A stretch of DNA of 64,000 nucleotides from a virus (Duplodnaviria > Caudoviricetes). Below are positions 38,389-45,898 of this stretch, piece by piece; position 1 is the first letter of the stretch, and every line of letters begins with the position of its first letter. The DNA lies in the IMG/VR virus record IMGVR_UViG_3300033463_006479, positions 32,001-96,000 of that record; one strand, written 5' to 3'. Both the position numbers and the translations under genes were made by a program. A model generated the notes under the pieces. The model searched no databases, was not told the DNA's origin, and was given only the letters and a program-made list of their open reading frames with translations.

Positions 38389-39861
38389 AACAGTTTATTG
38401 AAAATCTAATGAAAACTACGAAAAACGTATAAAAACAAACCCGTATAAATATATTATAGTTTAATGCTATTTATATAATGAAACGAAAGTGGAGAGTCGT
38501 TTCAAAATAGAATAAGATATATACAGAGGTTTTATCCTTGTCGGTACTCTCCACATTACTACCACAAGTTTAATGCCTCTTTTTTATTGATATGTTGCGA
38601 GGAATCAAGGTAAGGTTATATCCGAACAAGGAACAGCAGGCAAGACTGAATCAAGTTCTTGGTTGTTACCGTTTTGTGTATAACAAGACGCTCGAACTCA
38701 AACGCAATGCTTATGATGAAGACAAAACAACTCTTGGATTAACTGACATTTCAAAATGGTTTCACGGAACATTATTGAAAGACGAGAACTACACTTGGTT
38801 GCAGGAGCAGAACACAAAGGTGATGAAGCAGTCAATCAGACAAATGCTTGACGCTTATTCAAAGTTTTTCAAACAACACAACGGATTTCCGAAGTTCAAA
38901 TCCAAGAAAGACAAGCAGTCAGCACTGTTTCCGTCAGAAGCGATTTCCAAACGCAACACGTTCAATGAAAGAAAAATAACGCTGACTCAAGACTTAAAGG
39001 ACATAAGATTCAGATGTTCGGACTTGTATTACAAGAGACTTCAAGACCACAAGGACAAGATAAGAAGTGCGACCGTTTCGAGAACCAAGAGCGGCAACTA
39101 CTTCTTATCCATCCTTGTTGACATCCCGCAGAATGAACTTATCAAGTTCAAGCATACCAAGCAATGCGTTGGCATTGACCTCGGAGTCAAGGATTTTGTA
39201 ATCACAAGTGACGGTGAGGTCTTTGAAAACAAACACTTTTTCAAGAAGCAAGAAAGAAAAGTCAAAAGATTACAGAGGCAGCAGTCAAGAAAACAGAAAG
39301 GTTCGCACAACCAAGAGAAACAACGTGTCAGAATCGCAAAGGCGTTTGAAAGACTGACCAATCAGAAAGACGCTTACATCCATTCGGTTGTAAATGCTTT
39401 GCTATCCTTGTATGACTTGGTTTGTATGGAGGACTTGAATGTTCAAGGAATGCTGAAGAACCACAAACTTGCAAAGGCAATCCAAGAAGTTGGTTTCTAC
39501 AAGTTCAAGCAGATTTTACTTGACAAGGCAAATGTAAATGACAAGCAAGTCGTGTTGGTTGACCGTTTCTATCCGAGCAGTAAGACCTGCCACACGTGTG
39601 GTTACATCAAGAAAGACTTGACTTTGAGCGACCGTGAATGGGTCTGCCCTATTTGTGGTGAACACCACGACAGAGATGTGAATGCAGCGATTAACATCTT
39701 GTGTGAAGGTTTAAGAATAATAGGTGTCCGTAGCACCGAATTTACGCTTGCGGACTGCCCAACTATGGATGACCGTCTGGCAACAGACCTAAAAAGTAGT
39801 GGCAGGTTGAAACAAGAAAGAAGGACTAATAATTCCAGTTTTATTAGATTTTTCTATACGG
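38389..39861 (+). mobile_element. tnpB-only insertion element 3 with imperfect TIRs
   Basis: Left CAGTTTATTGAAAATCTAATGAAAACT vs reverse complement of right end CCGTATAGAAAAATCTAATAAAACT; internal TATAAATA at 38444. Confidence 0.7.
38479..38585 (+). ncRNA. Predicted kissing-loop RNA leader upstream of tnpB
   Basis: Loop GTGGAGAG (38489-96) is complementary to loop CTCTCCAC (38547-54); second hairpin ends in a U tract. Confidence 0.65.
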
Positions 39862-39893
39862 TTCGTTTGAATTTGACAGATAATATTGTTTAA
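38592..39893 (+). CDS. tnpB: TnpB RNA-guided nuclease
   Basis: KVRLYPN, VGIDLG, MEDLN, PSSKTCHTCG, CPICG..HDRDVNAAINI. Confidence 0.93.
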   Translation: MLRGIKVRLYPNKEQQARLNQVLGCYRFVYNKTLELKRNAYDEDKTTLGLTDISKWFHGTLLKDENYTWLQEQNTKVMKQSIRQMLDAYSKFFKQHNGFPKFKSKKDKQSALFPSEAISKRNTFNERKITLTQDLKDIRFRCSDLYYKRLQDHKDKIRSATVSRTKSGNYFLSILVDIPQNELIKFKHTKQCVGIDLGVKDFVITSDGEVFENKHFFKKQERKVKRLQRQQSRKQKGSHNQEKQRVRIAKAFERLTNQKDAYIHSVVNALLSLYDLVCMEDLNVQGMLKNHKLAKAIQEVGFYKFKQILLDKANVNDKQVVLVDRFYPSSKTCHTCGYIKKDLTLSDREWVCPICGEHHDRDVNAAINILCEGLRIIGVRSTEFTLADCPTMDDRLATDLKSSGRLKQERRTNNSSFIRFFYTVRLNLTDNIV

Positions 39894-39907
39894 TATAAAA
39901 TTGAAAT

Positions 39908-40645
39908 ATGAGAAGAGAATACGAGCAGTCCGCCCCCCCCCCACAACCGACAGAAGTTTATTTAACTAATGTGTATTGTGAAAACAACACTGTGGTTGAC
40001 CACGCCGTAAATGTTAATTATCCTTGGGGAACAACAACGGATGGTGTATGGTTTACAAATGGAAACGTGACAAATAGAGCTTATTACATATACGCAAACG
40101 GCGGATATAAGTCGGTATATATAAATAGAAGTATAAAATGGAACACATCAACGCCAAATCCTCCAACAAATGGCGTATGCCCAGAATATTTCGGTTTTGG
40201 GCTGCGGTTTAAAACAATGTTTTATTCAACAACACATACAAATGGCAAAGAACCATTAAGCTGCTTATCGCATAATAACACAGCATATCGTGGTTATTGT
40301 TTGATTTGGATGTACAATTCTGGATGGTATTGGGCTTTATGCAAAAACTCGTATGACCCAGCTGCGTCCAATGTTACAAAAATACAAATACCGTATGTTG
40401 AAACCCAAAGCAGTCCTATGATTATACAATGGGATTTCAACGCAACGCAAAATCGTTTTAAGGCGTTTGACAATTTTGGAAATCTTTTGGCAGACAGCGG
40501 CATTGATACTTCCCTGCATAGCAATGAACGTGTACTTCAACTTATGTGTGGTAACTGGAACAGTGGCAATCAATGCAATCCTACTTGTTATTACAAATAC
40601 ATACAATTCATAGATGGAACAAGTGTTGATGATTTTTTGCAATAG
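39908..40645 (+). CDS. Hypothetical protein (Asn/Tyr/Trp-rich, possibly virion-associated)
   Basis: 245-aa ORF before the tail tube gene; no family recognised. Confidence 0.65.
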   Translation: MRREYEQSAPPPQPTEVYLTNVYCENNTVVDHAVNVNYPWGTTTDGVWFTNGNVTNRAYYIYANGGYKSVYINRSIKWNTSTPNPPTNGVCPEYFGFGLRFKTMFYSTTHTNGKEPLSCLSHNNTAYRGYCLIWMYNSGWYWALCKNSYDPAASNVTKIQIPYVETQSSPMIIQWDFNATQNRFKAFDNFGNLLADSGIDTSLHSNERVLQLMCGNWNSGNQCNPTCYYKYIQFIDGTSVDDFLQ

Positions 40646-40723
40646 ACAAAATCATCAAAAAGTGTTCGTATAAATAATATACGGCACAATTTGTTTGTGT
40701 CGGCGAAAAATATATGAAATATT

Positions 40724-41284
40724 ATGGCTTTACCACATTATAGTAATTCTATAGCGAGTACACAGCACTACGAACCCGTCTATAAGGCGTTGTTTGAGGT
40801 CACTATATTCCCGCCAGCCGCAGTCAATTTTGACCAAGCACTGCTTCTGCAACACGTAAAAAGCATCGGCGGTCTTGACGGCCTCAACCCTTCTGTGAGT
40901 ACAACTGAACAGAAGTTCAAACAAGCAACCCGTTCATACGCTGGATTCCCAGAAAAGACCACTCTCGACTTGGCTATGACGTTCACAATGAACCTCAACC
41001 ACTCAAACGAGAACTACATTTACACCGCATTGAGAAAATGGTGCAACATTATCTGGAATCCGCTGAATGGCGCAAGCGGTATGAAGAAGGATTATGTAGG
41101 GAGTATGATAGTGGTCCAATTTAACAGGGACGGCTCAATCTATCGTAAAATCATTTGCAAGGATGCTTTCCCGACTGGTCAGTTGCAGGTTGGCGATACC
41201 TTGGATTACAGCGATGCTGAAGCAGCAGAAGCCCAATTAACGTTTAGATGCGATTATTGGGACGAACAAATCGTTGGCATTTAA
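40724..41284 (+). CDS. gp19: Tail tube protein, T4 gp19-like
   Basis: YEPVYKALFEV, KKDYVGSMIVVQFNRDG, AFPT..LDYS..TFRCDYW; late promoter at 40669. Confidence 0.82.
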   Translation: MALPHYSNSIASTQHYEPVYKALFEVTIFPPAAVNFDQALLLQHVKSIGGLDGLNPSVSTTEQKFKQATRSYAGFPEKTTLDLAMTFTMNLNHSNENYIYTALRKWCNIIWNPLNGASGMKKDYVGSMIVVQFNRDGSIYRKIICKDAFPTGQLQVGDTLDYSDAEAAEAQLTFRCDYWDEQIVGI

Positions 41285-41306
41285 TTCTAATGTTTTTATG
41301 ACAACC

Positions 41307-41341
41307 AAATCCCCCAAGTATAATGCTTGGGGGATTTTTTT
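41307..41341 (+). terminator. Intrinsic terminator
   Basis: AAATCCCCCAAG-tataatg-CTTGGGGGATTTTTT. Confidence 0.85.
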
Positions 41342-41371
41342 ATAAATAATGTATTGTTATTTAATGCTATT

Positions 41372-42727
41372 ATGACATACGATTATTATATAAATTTGTG
41401 CGAAAACGATATATCATTTTATAAAGAAATTACATTTAGAAAGAATTTTGTTGTTGAGTATAATGAGATACAAAAAATGTCATTTCCTTCGGAATTTACA
41501 TTTAATCAAAAACTATATCATTATTTGCATAACGACACAGATTTGAAACTCGGAATTTGTTATTGCGGAAATCGTTGTAAATTTGTAAACTTAAAAACTG
41601 GCTATTTAACTTATTGTTCAAGAAAATGTATGGCCAATTCAAATAATGTTTCTGATAAAAAGAAGCAGACTTTAAATGAGCATTATGACGTTGATAATCC
41701 TATGCAATCTAAAATTATTAAAAACAAGGCCATTGAAACAAATATACAAAAATATGGTAATAAATGTACACTGCATAGTGAATTGATAAGTGAACGTGTT
41801 AATAAAATTTTTGAAGAAAAATATGGCGGGCATCCTTTAAAATCAAAATCTGTTCGTGAAAAACAGAAAACCACTTGTCTTGAACGATATGGCGTTGAGC
41901 ACATTTCACAGTCAGATATTGTGAAAGAAAAGAAAAAGATGACTTCAATGGAACGATATGGTGTTGAATATACATTTCAGTCCAATGCGGTTAAAGAGTC
42001 TATAAAGAAAACAAACAATGAGAAATATGGTGTTGATAATCCGTCACAAGCAAAATGTGTTAAAGATAAAAAACGTCATACATTTCTTGAAAAATATGGA
42101 GTGGAAAATCCATTTCAGTCTGAAGAAATAAAAGATAAATCAAAAAACACTTGTATTGAAAAATATGGTGTAGAACACGCATCAAAGTTAGATGCTGTGA
42201 AATTAAAGATAAAAACGACAACATTAGAACGATATGGTGATGAATCATATATACGAACAGAAGGATATGTCGATAAAGTTAGAATACGATTCAAGGAGCT
42301 TATAGAAACGGCAAACAAAAAACATATGAAAACAACTTCTGGCATATCAAGAATTGAAATACTTTTTTATGATTATCTTGTTGAAAAATTCGGAGAAAAT
42401 GATGTTGTTTACAATTATATGTCAGAATTGTATCCTTACAGATGTGATTTCTATATAAAATCCTATGATTTGTATGTTGAACTAAATGCACATTGGTCGC
42501 ACGGTGGTCATCCGTTTGATGAAAACAGCCAGACTGATATTGAAAGACTTAATTATTGGAAATCAAAAAATTCAAAATACTATAATATCGCAGCAAAAGT
42601 GTGGTGCGAATCTGATGTTAAGAAACGGCAATGTGCTAAAGAAAACAATTTGAATTACATTGAAATTTTTGACAACGACATAAAAACCGTTATAGATACA
42701 TTTGAAAAGAAACTGGTGATGTTTTAA
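41372..42727 (+). CDS. Putative homing endonuclease (EKYGV repeats + PD-(D/E)xK-like nuclease)
   Basis: About 9 E(K/R)YGVx repeats; CDFYIKSYDLYVELNAHWSH; N-terminus paralogous to 8199-10178. Confidence 0.7.
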   Translation: MTYDYYINLCENDISFYKEITFRKNFVVEYNEIQKMSFPSEFTFNQKLYHYLHNDTDLKLGICYCGNRCKFVNLKTGYLTYCSRKCMANSNNVSDKKKQTLNEHYDVDNPMQSKIIKNKAIETNIQKYGNKCTLHSELISERVNKIFEEKYGGHPLKSKSVREKQKTTCLERYGVEHISQSDIVKEKKKMTSMERYGVEYTFQSNAVKESIKKTNNEKYGVDNPSQAKCVKDKKRHTFLEKYGVENPFQSEEIKDKSKNTCIEKYGVEHASKLDAVKLKIKTTTLERYGDESYIRTEGYVDKVRIRFKELIETANKKHMKTTSGISRIEILFYDYLVEKFGENDVVYNYMSELYPYRCDFYIKSYDLYVELNAHWSHGGHPFDENSQTDIERLNYWKSKNSKYYNIAAKVWCESDVKKRQCAKENNLNYIEIFDNDIKTVIDTFEKKLVMF

Positions 42728-42763
42728 ATATAAACCCGCAGAAACCTGCTGGTTTTTTGTTTT

Positions 42764-43666
42764 TCAGAATAACGATTTTTGTGAAACGAGTTCCTTTATT
42801 CTTTGCAAAGATGTTTTATGGTATGCCTCATCTTTTTCAATGGCGATATAATCACGTTTCAGACTTATCGCCGAAAGTTGTGTGCTGCCGCAACCAGCAA
42901 ACGGGTCAACCACCAAATCGCCTTCATTGCTGCTTGCCGATATGAGCCGTTTTATAAGTTTGAGCGGTTTCTGTGTCGGATGGTATCGTTTTTCTTCGTA
43001 GAAGTCTATGTCAGTCCAGACATCAGTAAGCCCCATTTGCGGATTGAACGTCTGTGCGATTTTTGAATACGGCAGGTCAAACTCCAGTATTTCCGACAAC
43101 TTGTTCCAAAGTTCTTCTGTCGGGAATTGCTCGCAAACATTCTTGCCAGTATATATGCTCCACATACCTCCGCCGTTTGTCTTTACACCGAGAGCCTCGT
43201 TTATTTGTTTGGAAGTGAGTCCGAGTGCGTTCTGTCGTTCTTTAAGAAACGGCTTTATCTTTTTCTTGTTGTCCTTGATTATGAACAGTATGCTTTCCGT
43301 TACATTGGGGAACAACTTGTAATTCTTTGTAGCCCTTCCAGAAACGGAACGCATACCTTTGTCTATTACAATCTGCTGGCGAAGTTCAAGACCGAGGCTT
43401 TCAAGATGAGGTATTAGATGGGCAAGCGTTCTGAAATATCCGAAACAATAGAACGAGCCGCCATATCGTAGTATTCTTGAAACCTCTTTAATCCAAGCCA
43501 GACACCAGCCGATGTATTCAAGCTCGGTTCTCCATTGGTAATCCCAAGATTCACCGACAACCTTCCAATACGGAGGGTCAGCAACAACGAGGTCTGCGCA
43601 GCCAGAATCAATGTCCTGCATTGTTTCAATGCAGTCCCCAAGTATTGTGGTGTTGCGTTCAATCAT
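42764..43666 (-). CDS. DNA methyltransferase (N6-A/N4-C, beta class) with inserted HTH-like segment
   Basis: DPPY, HPTQKP, DPFAGCGS. Confidence 0.9.
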   Translation of the reverse strand: MIERNTTILGDCIETMQDIDSGCADLVVADPPYWKVVGESWDYQWRTELEYIGWCLAWIKEVSRILRYGGSFYCFGYFRTLAHLIPHLESLGLELRQQIVIDKGMRSVSGRATKNYKLFPNVTESILFIIKDNKKKIKPFLKERQNALGLTSKQINEALGVKTNGGGMWSIYTGKNVCEQFPTEELWNKLSEILEFDLPYSKIAQTFNPQMGLTDVWTDIDFYEEKRYHPTQKPLKLIKRLISASSNEGDLVVDPFAGCGSTQLSAISLKRDYIAIEKDEAYHKTSLQRIKELVSQKSLF

Positions 43667-43997
43667 AATAATCTACGACAAATTTGGTTTTTCCGATAGT
43701 TTTTGTAAATCCGACATTTTTGTTCTCATTCCGTTTGTTTAGAATAAGAACACTTTTCGGAATGCAGTTTTTGTCTATTGGTGTTCCGTCAAGATTGACC
43801 AGATTTCCGTTATCGTCAAGTTTGAACGGATGAGGTTCGCCGTCATTGTCCTCATACACCGCACCGATTGCATTCGGATGCTTGTCCGACAAAACAACGT
43901 TCTCGTAAATCTTGACCAGTTTTGCGAATTTATCATCAACAAACTTGTTACGCATTGATTTGAGTTGTGTGTTTGTGATTGGTTTTATGTCCAGCAT
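43659..43997 (-). CDS. Hypothetical protein starting directly with the second half of the tag
   Basis: MLDIKPITNTQLK. Confidence 0.7.
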   Translation of the reverse strand: MLDIKPITNTQLKSMRNKFVDDKFAKLVKIYENVVLSDKHPNAIGAVYEDNDGEPHPFKLDDNGNLVNLDGTPIDKNCIPKSVLILNKRNENKNVGFTKTIGKTKFVVDYYD

Positions 43998-44041
43998 ATT
44001 TTGTATAAGTTTTTAAATGACAATATGTAATTGGTTGGTTG

Positions 44042-45784
44042 GTTGTAAATAGCAAACAAGCATAGCCATTCAACATTAATGGGTATAATACTTCAAGGTC
44101 TTTCACAGTTGTAAATAACAAACAAGCATAGCAATTCAACATTCGTCTATCCAAAAATTCACTGTGTCGTACAGTTGTAAATAGCATACAAACATAGCCA
44201 TTCAACATTTGTGTAACCTAAAGACCTTGGACAAGTCTTGTTGTAAATGGCATACAAACATAGCCATTCAACATTACGTTGCCCGTTGAGAAATTGGAGA
44301 CCTGTTGTAAATAGCATATAAACATAGCCATTCAACATTAACATCAAAAGACGCTGTGTCACTCATACGGTTGTAAATAGCATACAAACATAGCCATTCA
44401 ACATTAAGAAATGCCTTGAACTGCTCTACCGTTGGGTTGTAAATAGCATATAAGCATAGCCATTCAACATTTGTGTAACTTAAAGACCTTGGACAAGTCT
44501 TGTTGTAAATGGCATACAAACATAGCCATTCAACAATTGAAATCCACCAACTTAATTCCGTCACGATGTTGTAAATGGCATACAAACATAGCCATTCAAC
44601 ATTGATTTCAACAAAAAGGAAATTAGAAAAATCGTTGTAAATGGCATACAAACATAGCCATTCAACAATCAAAATTCTGACAAATTCTATCATTTGTATG
44701 TTGTAAATAGCACACAAACATAGCCATTCAACAATCTCAAAAGATTGACAAAAGCAAGCAATATCGTTGTAAATAGCATACAAACATAGCCATTCAACAA
44801 TACTTCTGCAAGAAATCCTTGCTCACCATATGTTGTAAATAGCATACAAACATAGCCATTCAACAATCTCATTCCAAGCAGATTTGCCACTTTTAGCTGT
44901 AAATAGCATACAAACATAGCCATTCAACAATCTCATTCCAAGCAGATTTGCCACTTTTAGTTGTAAATAGCATACAAACATAGCCATTCAACAATCAATC
45001 GGTTGTAACAGAAATTCCTCTAAAGTTGTAAATAGCATACAAACATAGCCATTCAACAATTCAATTATATAAGGATGGGATGAGGGCTGCGTTGTAAATA
45101 GCATACAAACATAGCCATTCAACAATCATTGTTGTCGAGTTTGGTAATTTCCTTGTGTTGTAAATAGCACACAAACATAGCCATTCAACAATATTCTCCA
45201 ACTTGTCTCATTCCAATCAGCGTTGTAAATAGCACACAAACATAGCCATTCAACAATATCATTCAGTCGTTCATCTTGTCCTCACAGTTGTAAATAGCAT
45301 ACAAACATAGCCATTCAACAATCTCCCTTCCTCAATCAGTTTGAGTTTCACCGTTGTAAATAGCATACAAACATAGCCATTCAACAATTGCTGTTTACGT
45401 CTCTCATTCTTTGCCATCGTTGTAAATAGCATACAAACATAGCCATTCAACAATGCATTCTTTTTGAATCCGCTTATGTTTTCTGTTGTAAATAGCATAC
45501 AAACATAGCCATTCAACAATCATAAACTTAAACAAAGGAGACATTCGTACGTTGTAAATAGCATACAAACATAGCCATTCAACAATAGGAAGTCGAGGAA
45601 TACAAGGTGCGAGAGAGTTGTAAATAGCATACAAACATAGCCATTCAACAATTACATCAAGGAAGGAGGTGCTTATGAGCTGGTTGTAAATAGCATACAA
45701 ACATAGCCATTCAACAATAACCAACTTGCTGTGTTTCGCAAGATTCTCGTTGTAAATAGCATACAAACATAGCCATTCAACAAT
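44042..45784 (-). CRISPR. CRISPR array, 27 repeats of 36 nt and 26 spacers of 28-30 nt
   Basis: Repeat (- strand) ATTGTTGAATGGCTATGTTTGTATGCTATTTACAAC; repeats are uniform near the cas gene and degenerate toward 44042. Confidence 0.98.
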
Positions 45785-45898
45785 ATATTCTTTTCATTTC
45801 ATTGTATATCAATAAAATGAAATGGGTTATCTCTTACAAAAATGCTTGTTTGTTATACAATATGTCAAAGAACGCTTTATTTTTCAATCAGTAATAAA
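45785..45898 (-). promoter_or_regulatory. CRISPR leader with boxA-like GTTCTTTGACATATTG (45858-45873)
   Basis: AT-rich gap between the cas stop codon and the first repeat. Confidence 0.65.

Noticed and set aside
44078-45748. Self-targeting spacers against tnpB or tagged genes
   Set aside because: No convincing match seen by eye beyond about 10 nt; an alignment is needed to exclude it
43948-45766. ORFs with repeated VEWLCLYAIYN / LNGYVCMLFTT
   Set aside because: They are translations of CRISPR repeats
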